Source: an uncultured virus (IMG/VR IMGVR_UViG_3300043409_001074) (taxonomy: Duplodnaviria; Heunggongvirae; Uroviricota; Caudoviricetes). From it: a DNA stretch of 64,000 nucleotides. The position numbers and the translations under genes are program-made. The stretch lies in IMG/VR virus record IMGVR_UViG_3300043409_001074; one strand, given 5' to 3'. The notes under the pieces are model-generated. The model was not told the origin of the DNA. It worked only from the letters and a program-made list of their open reading frames with translations, and did no database searches. Below, piece by piece: positions 21,006 through 32,125 of the stretch (positions are counted from its first letter, which is position 1; the number at the start of each line of letters is the position of its first letter).

Positions 21006-23477
21006 ATGGCAATTAATCTTTTAAGCCCTGGAATCGAAGTTAGAGAGTTTGATTTAACACGAATTGGTGTTGCTCCGCCACGTAGACCATTTGGGGCTAT
21101 CGTTGGTGTGTTCACACAAGGTCCAATCAATGAACCAACACTAATTAGAAGTGAAAAGCAGTTATCTGAGGTTTTCGGAACACCTGATGGCGGTAATGAC
21201 GAAACATTTTTCACCGCTGCCCAATATTTAGGGTATTCACAGGGATTGTATGTTGTTCGGGTGGCTAATAATACTGCATTTAATGCATATGCTAAAACTA
21301 CAACCGAAATTGATACTATTACATTAAATACTCAGTCAGGAACATTTTCAAATTCAAATATAATTAACATTATTGGTGGAACTACATATACTGCGGCAAA
21401 CGTTAGTGTTACTACTAATTCTAATGGTGAAATTACTGCATTATCATTAGTAAATAATGGCATTTATTCTTCTTCTGATTTTCCAATCAGCGCAGAAGGA
21501 TTTATGAATATTACAGCCAATAATCAATCTAATTCAGCTTCTACATTAACTGTTAATCTAACATATAGACCAGTTTCCGTGTCTAATCAAGAATCTTTCA
21601 GTATTACTAATTATACCACAACTAATGCTGATGGAAGCACTATTCTTGATGATAGTCAATGGAGAAGTAAAATTACTGCTAATGGGTATACTACAGATAC
21701 CAATGTGTTATGGGTAGCTAGAACCAGTGGCAATACTTCAAATGGATTTAGAATAAGCATGTGTGATAGTGCTAATGCTTATGTCCAAAATTTAAGTACA
21801 AAATTCTCTGCTGCTTCTGCAAACATAATGTTCGTTCAGGGTAGTAAAAGTGCAAACGTTGTTACTGCTAGTAATACTGCGGCGGCAGTATTAGCCGCCG
21901 CGTTTGCATATAGAGACGTGTTATCTCTAGAAGTTAGACCATCTGCGGATGGTAAAACTGATGGATTTCCCGCCCAATTTAATTTGATTGCATCAAAACA
22001 AGTTGTTGGCGCAAACGTAGTATTAACTTTTGAAACTACTTGGACTCGTCCAACATCTACAATCATAGTTGCTGGTCAGAATTTTAGGTTAGCTGGAACT
22101 ACTCAGGCAGCGGTTATGATGCGTAATTGGGAATTTCAGAGTGGTAATCCTAATCCAGCGAATAGAGCATTCCCTGCCGTATTCGCTGGAGCATCAGATA
22201 CCGATCCTTCTACTTCTCAATTAAAAAGAGGAACAGGGGCTAATACATATTACGTTAATGATAAAATATATACTGTAATTGCAGATAAAGATAATAATGT
22301 TGTCTTTAAATCTGAGGGAACTAGGGCTGATCTTAAATTTGTTCCACAAAATAAAAAAGCGGCCTATGGTGCGAATTATCATATTAATATTAATAATTCA
22401 TTAAATAATAGTTATGTATGGTGGGCTAATCACAGATCAGGTATTAGTATTACTAAGCCATCTGAAATGTCTAATTTAAACACTCTACCATATACTGCTT
22501 TTCTAGGCAATGGTTCCGATACTATTACAGAGGATAATATTGCCCTTAATACTCTTATGGAGGGATATGATTTATTCAAAGATAAAGACAAAATTGATGT
22601 CGATTATCTAATACAGGGTAAAGCTAATGGTGGGGATTATGGTGAAGGCTTAATCAATTATATTACTACTGAAATATGTGAAACTAGACGTGATTGTATG
22701 GCATTCGCTTCTCCTAAAAAAGAATATGTAACTAAATCAGCCGACATCAATGATATTACTAAAACATTAGCGTTATGGGCAAATGCAGTTACTAAATCAT
22801 CTTTCTTAGTTCTAGATTCTGGATATAAAGCTATTTACGATCGCTATAATGATAGATTTATTGATATTCCATTAAATGGGGATACTGCTGGTCTAGTAGC
22901 AAGAACTGCGGTTAATGCCGGTCCATGGTTCTCTCCTGCTGGGTTTAATAGAGGCGAAGTTAGAGTTTGTCGTCAACTTAAATTCAACCCTTCTCAACGA
23001 GAACGTGATGATATATATCCAAATCCAATTAATATTAATCCATATGTTCAATTTAGAGGGAAAGAAGCAATTCTATTTGGAGATAAAACAACTTATGGTA
23101 TGAATTCTGCTTTTGATAGAATTAACGTCAGACAATTATTCATCTATCTACAAAGAGTAATCTCTGACGTTGCAAAATTCACACTATTTGAAATGAATGA
23201 TGAATTTACTAGAGCACAATTCGTAGGACAAATTGATCCAATTCTACGTGATGTTAAAGGTAGACGTGGAATTTATGATTATAGATTAATTTGTGATACA
23301 ACCAATAATACTCCTGATGTTATTGATACAAATGGATTTATTGCTGATATCTATATTAAACCTGCTAGATCAATTAACTTCATTCAGTTAAATTTCATAG
23401 CTACTGCAACGGGAACAGAGTTTAATGAAATTATTGGTAATACTGATAGACTTGTAAACTATCAAATGACATCATAA
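21006..23477 (+). CDS. gp18: Tail sheath protein
   Basis: LSPGIEVREFD, PWFSPAGFNRG, FDRINVRQLF, IYIKPARSINFI.LNF. Confidence 0.97.
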   Translation: MAINLLSPGIEVREFDLTRIGVAPPRRPFGAIVGVFTQGPINEPTLIRSEKQLSEVFGTPDGGNDETFFTAAQYLGYSQGLYVVRVANNTAFNAYAKTTTEIDTITLNTQSGTFSNSNIINIIGGTTYTAANVSVTTNSNGEITALSLVNNGIYSSSDFPISAEGFMNITANNQSNSASTLTVNLTYRPVSVSNQESFSITNYTTTNADGSTILDDSQWRSKITANGYTTDTNVLWVARTSGNTSNGFRISMCDSANAYVQNLSTKFSAASANIMFVQGSKSANVVTASNTAAAVLAAAFAYRDVLSLEVRPSADGKTDGFPAQFNLIASKQVVGANVVLTFETTWTRPTSTIIVAGQNFRLAGTTQAAVMMRNWEFQSGNPNPANRAFPAVFAGASDTDPSTSQLKRGTGANTYYVNDKIYTVIADKDNNVVFKSEGTRADLKFVPQNKKAAYGANYHININNSLNNSYVWWANHRSGISITKPSEMSNLNTLPYTAFLGNGSDTITEDNIALNTLMEGYDLFKDKDKIDVDYLIQGKANGGDYGEGLINYITTEICETRRDCMAFASPKKEYVTKSADINDITKTLALWANAVTKSSFLVLDSGYKAIYDRYNDRFIDIPLNGDTAGLVARTAVNAGPWFSPAGFNRGEVRVCRQLKFNPSQRERDDIYPNPININPYVQFRGKEAILFGDKTTYGMNSAFDRINVRQLFIYLQRVISDVAKFTLFEMNDEFTRAQFVGQIDPILRDVKGRRGIYDYRLICDTTNNTPDVIDTNGFIADIYIKPARSINFIQLNFIATATGTEFNEIIGNTDRLVNYQMTS

Positions 23478-23531
23478 GTAGTAATTAAAACTACTACTTA
23501 TTATTAAAATTTTTTAAGGAGATAAAATATA

Positions 23532-24107
23532 ATGGCTCAGATTTCAAATATTGAAGAGTTTAAATCAAGATTAGTTGATGGGGGAGCAAGACCAACATTA
23601 TTTTATGTTACTTGTAATTTTCCAACTAGCGGTTCTGTTGCTACGGATAAAGATGGGTTAACTACCCTGTCATATATGGCTAAGGCGGCATCAATTCCAG
23701 AAAGCATTGTTAGTAATATTGATGTTGGATTTTTTGGTAGAAGAGTTAAATTAGCTGGTGATAGAACATATAATAATTGGGCAGTTTCAATTATTAATAG
23801 TGAGGATTTTATGATAAGAAATGCCTTTGAAGAATGGCATTCTGCCTTAAATGCTCCTGTTTCTAATACTCGTGGCCTTCCTGGAATAGCAAGTTATAAA
23901 AAAGATGTTACAGTTACTCAATTAAGCCAAAATGGATTCGCAGTAAGAACCTATAAACTGATTGGGGTATTTCCAATTCAAATTGGGGCAATTGATCTTT
24001 CATGGGATAATCAAAATACAATTGAAGAATTTCCTGTAACCTTTGCATATGATTATTGGACATTAGAGGGAGGGTTGTCTGGGCAGCGACTTGCGGGGCC
24101 AATTTAA
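23532..24107 (+). CDS. gp19: Tail tube protein
   Basis: GGARPTLF, LAGDRTY..W, IEEFPVTFAYDYW. Confidence 0.97.
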   Translation: MAQISNIEEFKSRLVDGGARPTLFYVTCNFPTSGSVATDKDGLTTLSYMAKAASIPESIVSNIDVGFFGRRVKLAGDRTYNNWAVSIINSEDFMIRNAFEEWHSALNAPVSNTRGLPGIASYKKDVTVTQLSQNGFAVRTYKLIGVFPIQIGAIDLSWDNQNTIEEFPVTFAYDYWTLEGGLSGQRLAGPI

Positions 24108-24150
24108 TATATACTCTAATATATAACTATTATAATATTAGGATATAACT

Positions 24151-25791
24151 ATGAAATTATTTGGTATTGAATTAAAACGGGCCTCTAAAGAAGAAGAAAA
24201 TCAATCATTTACTCCACCTATATCTGACGATGGTGGAGTAAATATTGCTGTTGGTGGATTTACTAGCAGCTACGTTGATCTAGAAGGCGCTAGTAAGACT
24301 GAGGCAGACCTTATCACTAGATATAGAGATATGGCCCTACAGGCGGAAGTAGAGACTGCCGTTGATGAAATAACTAATGAAGCTATTTCAGTTGATGATG
24401 ATACTGGTAGAATTGTTGAATTAAATATGGATTTGATTAACATACCAGATCAATTAAAATACTCCATTAAAAGAGAATTTGAATATTGTCTTCAATTATT
24501 AAATTTTAATAACAGAGCATATGAAATTTTTAGACAATGGTATATTGATGGCAGATTGTATTATCATGCAATCGTAGATGAAAAAAATCTTAGTCGTGGT
24601 ATTAAAGAATTAAGAAATATTGACCCAAGAAACATTAGAAAAATTAGAGAAGTTAGAACTCTTAAAGGTGAAAACTTTGTTCAACAATCTAATAATGGTG
24701 ATATACCAAAACAGAAAGTTACAGAATATTTTCTATTCTCAAATAAATCTAATGCATCAGGTAAAGATTTTAACGCCCAATATAGTCTAAAAATTGCCAA
24801 AGACTCAATCGTATTTTGCACATCTGGACTAACTGATAAAAGTAATCAAATGGTTTTATCATATCTTCATAAAGCAATTCGGCCAATGAATATGCTCAGA
24901 GCGGTAGAAGATTCTGCATTAATTTACAGAATTTCCCGTGCCCCAGAAAGACGTATTTTCTACATTGATATTGGAAATTTACCAAAAGCAAAAGCTGAAC
25001 AACATGTTCGGGATATGATGGTAAAACATAAGAATAAATTAGTATATGATGCATCTACTGGCGAAGTTAGAGACGAACGTAAATTTGCTACAATGCTTGA
25101 AGATTATTGGATTCCACGTAGAGAAGGTGGAAGAGGAACAGAAATTTCCACACTTCCAGGTGCATCTAATTTAGGTGATATTTCTGATATTACTTATTTC
25201 AAGGAAGCATTATATAATTCATTAAATATTCCTACCAATAGATTAAACTCAGACTCTCCATTTGTATTTGGACAAACTGATAGTATTAGTAGAGACGAAG
25301 TTAAATTCTATAAAATGATACAAAGAATGAGAACTAGATTTCAGGGATTATTCCTTAGCTTTCTAGAAAAACAATTAATTCTTAAAAAGATTATTAATAG
25401 TAATGACTGGAAATTCTTAAAAGAGGAATTGAAATTCTCATTTACTGTAGATAATTATTTTGCTGAATTAAAACAAACTCAGATTATGAAGGAAAGACTT
25501 AATCTAGCTAGTATAGCCGAAGTTTATATTGGTAAATATTATGATGAAAGTTATATTAGAAAAACAATTCTAAAACAGACCAATGAAGAAATTGGTCAAA
25601 TGGATGCAAATGCTGAAATTGATAAGCAGAAAGAAGATGCTAGACAATTCCATCAAGCGGAAAGAGATATTACCATTGGGGAAATGCAGGCACAGTCACA
25701 AATGAAAATTCAGTTGCAACAGGCACAAATGTCCCCTGATCCAGAAGCCGCGACCCCAGCACCTAAACCAAAATCTAATAACACTAAATAA
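24151..25791 (+). CDS. gp20: Portal vertex protein
   Basis: WYIDGR, IYRISRAPERRIFYIDIGNLP, EDYWIPRREGGRGTEI.TLPG. Confidence 0.98.
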   Translation: MKLFGIELKRASKEEENQSFTPPISDDGGVNIAVGGFTSSYVDLEGASKTEADLITRYRDMALQAEVETAVDEITNEAISVDDDTGRIVELNMDLINIPDQLKYSIKREFEYCLQLLNFNNRAYEIFRQWYIDGRLYYHAIVDEKNLSRGIKELRNIDPRNIRKIREVRTLKGENFVQQSNNGDIPKQKVTEYFLFSNKSNASGKDFNAQYSLKIAKDSIVFCTSGLTDKSNQMVLSYLHKAIRPMNMLRAVEDSALIYRISRAPERRIFYIDIGNLPKAKAEQHVRDMMVKHKNKLVYDASTGEVRDERKFATMLEDYWIPRREGGRGTEISTLPGASNLGDISDITYFKEALYNSLNIPTNRLNSDSPFVFGQTDSISRDEVKFYKMIQRMRTRFQGLFLSFLEKQLILKKIINSNDWKFLKEELKFSFTVDNYFAELKQTQIMKERLNLASIAEVYIGKYYDESYIRKTILKQTNEEIGQMDANAEIDKQKEDARQFHQAERDITIGEMQAQSQMKIQLQQAQMSPDPEAATPAPKPKSNNTK

Positions 25792-25814
25792 AATAAATAA
25801 TGGAGAATATTATT

Positions 25815-26153
25815 ATGCATGAATATAATACTAAAGACTTGATTAATTTTTCACAGGCTAGAAATGCAACAGATTTTGTTAATTCTGTTAATAATATGTT
25901 AGCATCTAAAGTATCATCTAAATTAGAATCGATGCGACCAAGAGTAGCTAGTGATATGTTCAAGGGGGGATATTTACCAAAATCTGGTGATGAACAAGAA
26001 TTTGAGGATAAGCATACAATCAATGTAGTTGACTATCCAGTAAAAAATGAAAATGGATTGCCATTTAGAGATACATCAATTCCAGAACGGACAAATAGAC
26101 AGCAAATGCCAGCATCCTACAATAGAGGCGAAGATGCCCATGTCAATAGTTAA
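25815..26153 (+). CDS. Putative prohead core protein (gp67-like position)
   Basis: Directly after portal; GGAG RBS before ATG 25815; weak sequence evidence. Confidence 0.5.
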   Translation: MHEYNTKDLINFSQARNATDFVNSVNNMLASKVSSKLESMRPRVASDMFKGGYLPKSGDEQEFEDKHTINVVDYPVKNENGLPFRDTSIPERTNRQQMPASYNRGEDAHVNS

Positions 26154-26167
26154 TAAGGAATAATACT

Positions 26168-26425
26168 GTGAATATACTAAAACCATTATCAAATACAATT
26201 TATTTAGGCACAACTGGCAATACTGTCAGTAATGCTACTTTAGTATACATTTCATCACATAATCAACATGCTATAATAACTCTTGCTAATTCATCTGGAG
26301 CAAATCAGTCATCTATTTTTCTAACAAATCCAAATTATATACTTGTAGAAAAACGACCATCAGATTTATTATCAGCTAATAGTTCATCTGATGTTTATGC
26401 AACAAAAATAGCATATAGGGGATAA
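26168..26425 (+). CDS. Hypothetical head-cluster protein
   Basis: GTG start with AAGGA RBS, fills the gap before gp21. Confidence 0.6.
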   Translation: MNILKPLSNTIYLGTTGNTVSNATLVYISSHNQHAIITLANSSGANQSSIFLTNPNYILVEKRPSDLLSANSSSDVYATKIAYRG

Positions 26426-26426
26426 A

Positions 26427-27089
26427 ATGAAATTTCTAAGAGAAAATATAGAGGACGTATCTATAATCATAGAGGAAACTGGCGCTAGTAATAAGAAAAA
26501 TTACTATGTAGAAGGTATTTTCATTCAAGGTTCCATACCAAACAGAAATCATAGAATTTATCCCATGAATGTTCTTGAAAAAGAGGTTAATAGATATATT
26601 AATGAATCTATTAATACTAAAAGAGCTTTAGGAGAATTAGGACATCCAGATTCGCCCAATATCAATCTTCCATTAGTTAGTCATAATATTGAATCCTTAA
26701 CCAGAAGTGGTAATGATTATATCGGTAAAGCTAAAATTTTAGATACTCCTAATGGTAGAATTGTTAAAAATCTACTAGATGAACAAATTAAAATTGGTAT
26801 GTCTACAAGAGGTATGGGTTCATTAGTAGAACGTAATGGTATTATGGAAGTGCAATCTGATTTAAGATTTGCTACTGCCGGAGATATCGTATTTGATCCA
26901 TCTGCCCCTAATGCATTAATGAATGGTATTATGGAAGGTCGAGATTGGATTTTTAATGAAGCTGCCAATTCCTGGGTATTAGAAGAATTAACAGATAAAA
27001 TTAAAAAATCTGGTAAAAAATTAGATGAACAAAAAGCATTAACTGTTTTCAATATGTTCATTAATGAAATCAAATCAAAATTTAAATAA
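26427..27089 (+). CDS. gp21: Prohead protease
   Basis: NRNHRIYP, ALGELGHP, GMSTRGMGS, DIV.DPSAP.A. Confidence 0.97.
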   Translation: MKFLRENIEDVSIIIEETGASNKKNYYVEGIFIQGSIPNRNHRIYPMNVLEKEVNRYINESINTKRALGELGHPDSPNINLPLVSHNIESLTRSGNDYIGKAKILDTPNGRIVKNLLDEQIKIGMSTRGMGSLVERNGIMEVQSDLRFATAGDIVFDPSAPNALMNGIMEGRDWIFNEAANSWVLEELTDKIKKSGKKLDEQKALTVFNMFINEIKSKFK

Positions 27090-27127
27090 TAATATATACT
27101 TAAATAAAGAAATGTAAGGAAGAAAAC

Positions 27128-28135
27128 ATGTCAATTAAAGATGAAAATGAAATGCAATTAGACGAAACAGCCGCATCCGATACATTAAAACCAAATTCAA
27201 TGCCAGCAGATGGTATGACCAAATCTGACATGCTTTCTGGTATGATGCAATCATTAAATGGTATGAAAAAATCAGAATTAGTTGATTTCTTCAATCAATC
27301 AATGGCTCAATTCGGTCCAAATGTTGATCTTGGCGTTCCTCCCGGCGCTGCTGCTGGAAATGCAGCTACTATTAGAGCAAAAGCATCCCCAGTTAAAGAA
27401 GATGTTGATGCTATGTTCTCTGAATCTGAATTATCAGAAGAATTTAAAACTAAGGTTTCTACATTAATTGAAAGTGCTGTTAATGCAAGATTAACAATTG
27501 ATGCTGCTAAACTCCAAGAATCACAAGAAGTTCAATTTAATGAACTAGCTGAAGAATATAAAACTGAATTAGCAGAGGGTATTGATGAATATCTAACTCA
27601 TACTGTTAATGAATGGGTAGAAGCAAATAAACTTGCCGTAGAAAATTCAATTAAATATGATCTACAGGAAAGTTTCATGAAAGGTATGCATAAATTATTC
27701 ACTGAACATTATGTTGATGTTCCAGAAGATAAATATGACCTTTTAGGTGAATTAGAAAAAGAACTAGAAACTATTAAACAAGAAATGAACGCTATTCAAA
27801 ATAGAAACTTTGAATTAGCTACAACTAATGAAGAATTAGTTAGAGATGTTATTATTATAGGAATGACTAAAGATTTAACTGAAAGTGATTCATTAAAATT
27901 CCTAACTCTAGTCGAAAATCTAAGTTATCAAGATATGGATGATTTTCAATCTAAATTAGTAACTATTAAAGAAGCTCATTTTTCTGGTAGTGATGATGTC
28001 ATTACCGAGCAAGAAGAAGTGATTGGAATTGCTTCTTTAACTGAGGAAGCAAAAGACAGTTCTAATACCGATCAAATTAATGATCCTGCAATGGCAAGCT
28101 ATATTAACGCCATCGCTAGAACTACCAAAATCTAA
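27128..28135 (+). CDS. gp22: Prohead core scaffold protein
   Basis: LSEEFK.K..TL.E.AV, EW..ANKLAVE, LF.EHYVDVPE.K.D; acidic coiled coil. Confidence 0.93.
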   Translation: MSIKDENEMQLDETAASDTLKPNSMPADGMTKSDMLSGMMQSLNGMKKSELVDFFNQSMAQFGPNVDLGVPPGAAAGNAATIRAKASPVKEDVDAMFSESELSEEFKTKVSTLIESAVNARLTIDAAKLQESQEVQFNELAEEYKTELAEGIDEYLTHTVNEWVEANKLAVENSIKYDLQESFMKGMHKLFTEHYVDVPEDKYDLLGELEKELETIKQEMNAIQNRNFELATTNEELVRDVIIIGMTKDLTESDSLKFLTLVENLSYQDMDDFQSKLVTIKEAHFSGSDDVITEQEEVIGIASLTEEAKDSSNTDQINDPAMASYINAIARTTKI

Positions 28136-28173
28136 TAAAAAATATATATAATTAAACACAAGGAGTTATTTAA

Positions 28174-29502
28174 ATGGAACTTAATGAAGAAATCGTAAAA
28201 AGATGGAAACCACTACTAGAAGTTGCAGGTCTTCCTCCAATTACTGATGCTAGACGTAGAAGTGTTACAGCTACTCTGTTAGAAAATACTGAAAAAGCAA
28301 TTAGAGAAACTGGGTCTTATAACCCACGTTCACTGTTAGAAGCTGGCGTGCCAACTAACGTAACTGGTTCTAGTATTGATAATTACGATCCTGTATTAAT
28401 TTCTATGGTCCGTAGAACTATGCCTAACATTATGGCTTATGATGTTTGTGGTGTTCAGCCTATGACTGGTCCTACAGGTCTTATCTTCGCCATGCGTTCA
28501 CGTTATACCAATCAATCCGGCACGGAAACATTCTATAATGAAGTTAATACTTCTTATGCATCTGTTGTTTCTGGTGCTAACACTGTTGGTAATAAACATG
28601 TTGGAACACTACCAGGGACTACATCAGTAACAGCTAACCTTGCCGAAGAAGGTATCTACAACTTTGGTGGTGGTATGTCAACTGCTCAATCCGAAGCACT
28701 AGGTGCATCTGGTAATACTGCAATTCCACAAATGAGTTTCAGTATCGAATCAATGTCCGTTACTGCGAAATCTCGTGCGCTAAAAGCTGAATACTCACAA
28801 GAAATGGCCCAAGATTTACGCGCCATTCATGGTCTGGATGCTGAAACTGAATTAGCTAACATTCTTACCACAGAAATTCTTGCTGAAATTAACAGAGAAG
28901 TAATTAGAACCATTGCTATTACAGCTACTCGTGGTGCTAATACCGGAACAACCACATCAGGTATTTTCGATCTTGATACAGACTCAAATGGTCGTTGGTC
29001 TGTTGAAAAATTCAAAGGTCTAATGTTCCATCTAGAACGCGAATGTAACCAAATCTCACGCGATACTCGTAGAGGTAAAGGTAATATTATGATTTGTTCT
29101 TCTGATGTCGCATCAGCAATGCAAATGGCCGGCATTCTAGATTATACTCCTGCTCTTAACTCAAATCAACTGAATGTTGATGATACTGGTAATACTTTTG
29201 CTGGTGTTCTAAATGGTAGACTACGTGTTTATATTGATCCATATGCCGAAGGTGGTAACTATGCCGTTGTAGGTTATAAAGGTCCTTCTACATTCGATGC
29301 TGGTATTTTTTATTGCCCTTATGTCCCCCTACAAATGGTTCGTGCAGTTGGGGAAGATAATTTCCAACCTAGAATCGCATTTAAAACCAGATATGGTATG
29401 GTCGCCAACCCATTTGCCGAAGGTATCACCGCAGGTAATGGGGCTTTAACAAAAGATAGTAATAAATATTACCGCAGGATTCTTGTGACCAACCTGATGT
29501 AA
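28174..29502 (+). CDS. gp23: Major capsid protein
   Basis: CGVQPMTGPTGLIFAMR, SRALKAEYS.E.AQDL.AIHG.DAE.EL, FYCPYVPL, FQPRIAFKTRYG. Confidence 0.99.
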   Translation: MELNEEIVKRWKPLLEVAGLPPITDARRRSVTATLLENTEKAIRETGSYNPRSLLEAGVPTNVTGSSIDNYDPVLISMVRRTMPNIMAYDVCGVQPMTGPTGLIFAMRSRYTNQSGTETFYNEVNTSYASVVSGANTVGNKHVGTLPGTTSVTANLAEEGIYNFGGGMSTAQSEALGASGNTAIPQMSFSIESMSVTAKSRALKAEYSQEMAQDLRAIHGLDAETELANILTTEILAEINREVIRTIAITATRGANTGTTTSGIFDLDTDSNGRWSVEKFKGLMFHLERECNQISRDTRRGKGNIMICSSDVASAMQMAGILDYTPALNSNQLNVDDTGNTFAGVLNGRLRVYIDPYAEGGNYAVVGYKGPSTFDAGIFYCPYVPLQMVRAVGEDNFQPRIAFKTRYGMVANPFAEGITAGNGALTKDSNKYYRRILVTNLM

Positions 29503-29551
29503 AAGGGTCCACTTTTTCTTTAAATTTCTTAATTATCGTCTAACACCGATA

Positions 29552-29588
29552 CTAAATACTCCTAGGAAAACAAATCTTAGGAGTATTT
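29552..29588 (+). promoter_or_regulatory. Late-promoter-like CTAAATA inside a hairpin that sequesters the endonuclease RBS
   Basis: AAATACTCCTAGGA (29554-29567) pairs with TCTTAGGAGTATTT (29575-29588), which contains the AGGAG RBS. Confidence 0.75.
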
Positions 29589-29591
29589 TTT

Positions 29592-30443
29592 ATGGCTAAA
29601 CAAGAAAAAAGTGGGTTTATTTATATTTGGATGGATAGAAAACATAACCGTTATTATATTGGGTGCCATTGGGGCTTTGAAAATGACGGTTATATTTGTA
29701 GTTCTAAAATAATGAAAAAGGCATTTAAGCGCCGTCCATATGATTTTAAACGTAGAATTATTAAAAGAAACATTTCTTCCAGACCAGAGTTATATGTAGA
29801 AGAATTACGTTATCTTAAAATGATTAAACCAGAAGAATTGCGTAATAAATATTATAATCTCAATATAACCAATAATGAAATGTGGCACAAATATCCAGAA
29901 AACATTAAAACAATTGGCCAGAAAATATCATTAATGAAAACTGGTAAAAATACTGGACCAAGGGATGCATCTGTAGGTAAAAATATATCATTAGCTAAAA
30001 CTGAAAGTTTCAAAAAACGAAGACTAGAGAATGAGAATGGTAAGGCATTTACTCAGGAACACATTGACAAAATGAGACAATCTAAATTAGATGCTAATCA
30101 TAAACAGACTGACGAATGGAAGAAGGCTCAATCAGAATCCTTAAAAGAACAATGGAATTCTGGCCAAAGAAATAGAAATCCTGGTCCTTTATCAGAAGAA
30201 CATAAACTAAAAATATCAATTGCCAATAAAGGTAAACAATTAAAACAATCTCAAATTGACTTAATGAAAATTAATAATTCTAAGAAATATACCATTACTA
30301 AATTTTCTGGTGAAATTATTGAAATAAATGGATTAAAGGAATATGCTACGAATAACAATATTCCTTATGTAACTCTCAGAAAATGTGTAGAATTGAATAG
30401 ACCCATTAAAAAATTTAATATATCAAATATTATGTTATCGTAA
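29592..30443 (+). mobile_element. Free-standing GIY-YIG (Seg-like) homing endonuclease with NUMOD3-like repeats
   Basis: GFIYIW....RYYIGCH....DGYICSS, YYNL, and SEEHKLKIS..NKGK DNA-binding motifs. Confidence 0.9.
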
Positions 30444-30495
30444 AGGTATCATAATATTTGATATATTTGTCCTCTAGTATTAATTTACTAGAGGA
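30421..30495. terminator. Two hairpins at the convergence of the two endonuclease genes
   Basis: 14-bp IR TATCAAATATTATG/CATAATATTTGATA (30421-30463) and 10-bp IR TCCTCTAGTA/TACTAGAGGA (30470-30495). Confidence 0.6.
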
Positions 30496-31940
30496 TTTTT
30501 ATATGTCCAGATATTATTACCGCAATCCCAATAATATCTATATCCGTTATTGATCATGTTATCTTTTTCGCTTAGTTTATCATCATATATTTTCAATAAA
30601 TCTTTTAATTTATGTTTTTGAAATTTCATTCTATTATATGTTTTATATTTATCGGTCCATTTATATCCTATTTCAGTTTGTCCAATTTTTATAAATCCAA
30701 GTATAGCATATACGTTTCCAGTTCCATATTGGTTATCTGAATATGATATAATATTTTTAGGAGTATAATTTTTAATGAAATATTGGAACATTTTAGATGT
30801 TCCTCCAATAACATAAGTATTTAATTTAGAACATAATCTAATTATTTCCCAGTCATGAGAATTATCAAATCTAGGTTTAGAAAAACTCATTATTTGAAGT
30901 AATTCATTATTTAAATATAGACCTATTCTTACTGATGCGTTACTAAATCCCGAAATATGATTTTCCTCACAAAATTCTTTATATAAATTATATGAAATTT
31001 CTTTAATTATGCATTTTCTAGCATAAATTTTATTATTCAATTTTAATTTATTCAAAATCATTGATTGGCATATATTTTTCTTATATAACCACATTTCATC
31101 CGTGAATTGATATAATACAATATCATTATCTTTACATAAATTATACTTAAATATATGCCTATTTTTAGATTTATTTGTGCCGTCTGTTTCTGAATGCCAA
31201 TACAATCCATTCACTTCAATGGCAAACTGATGGTTAGGAAAATATAAATCTAATTCATATTTATCGCATTTATAGCTAGTTTTATATTCTATATTTTCAC
31301 CTAATGATATAATAAAATTTTCTATATCTCGTTCAATACTACTTCTATTAATATATTTTCTAATAGGAATGTTAAATTGGATTAAAGCGTTAGATATCAC
31401 TTCTCTTTGTGAACCAATGATATTAGCCATTTCTAGAGTGGTCATTTTTTTATTAATATAGTTTTCATATAACCAATCATAATTATTAATATATTCATAA
31501 TATTGTTTATTATATTTTTTAATCATATTTTCGCTTAATATAGTCTTAATTTCTTTTCTCTGGGAATTGAATTCATGGCCATATTTTTCTTTATTAGTTT
31601 CCTTCATTTTTCTAACTTTTTCAGTTTGATCTATGAATTTAAATTTACTCGTGTCTTTATTCTTATCCTTTAAATAACAATTTCCTGAACAATATTCAGA
31701 TATTTCTTTTCTATCATTCAAGTGTTGATGTTCATTATTACAGGTTTTACATTTTAATAATGATGTATATCCTGCGGATATAAATTTAAGTCTAGTTGTT
31801 AAATTAGTAGATAAATCTAAATAATGAGATAAATTTAATACTTCATCATGTAACAAAGTGTCTTTATTTTTTAATACAATCAATTTGCGGTGTTTTACAT
31901 TAGGAATTAATTGTTCAATTTTATCTACTAATTCTCTCAT
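30480..31940 (-). mobile_element. Hef-like free-standing endonuclease (Vsr/DUF559-type nuclease domain plus C-terminal domain)
   Basis: ELDLYFP...AIEVNGLYWHSE, IYARKC, ENHISG, WEIIRLC, IISYSD, WDCGN; GAGG RBS supports start at 31940 rather than 31973. Confidence 0.8.
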
Positions 31941-31942
31941 TA

Positions 31943-32125
31943 TTACCTCAATGGTATCATGGGTCCCAGCCATTTACATTTATCACAATGATATCTGTAT
32001 GGCGCGACTATTTTTAATCTATTATTTCTACACGATGGACAAAGAATACCTAAATCTATTAAAGGTGGTTTGATTTTAGTTCGTCTCAGAAATCCAAGAA
32101 TAATTCCTATAATAAAATATATCAT
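31943..32125 (-). CDS. Small membrane-anchored zinc-ribbon protein
   Basis: Hydrophobic N-terminus and two CxxC pairs (CPSC, CDKC). Confidence 0.5.
   Translation of the reverse strand: MIYFIIGIILGFLRRTKIKPPLIDLGILCPSCRNNRLKIVAPYRYHCDKCKWLGPMIPLR

Noticed and set aside
19289..29502. Introns or inteins in terminase, portal or capsid genes
   Set aside because: All are continuous and of normal length with no Cys...His-Asn insertions
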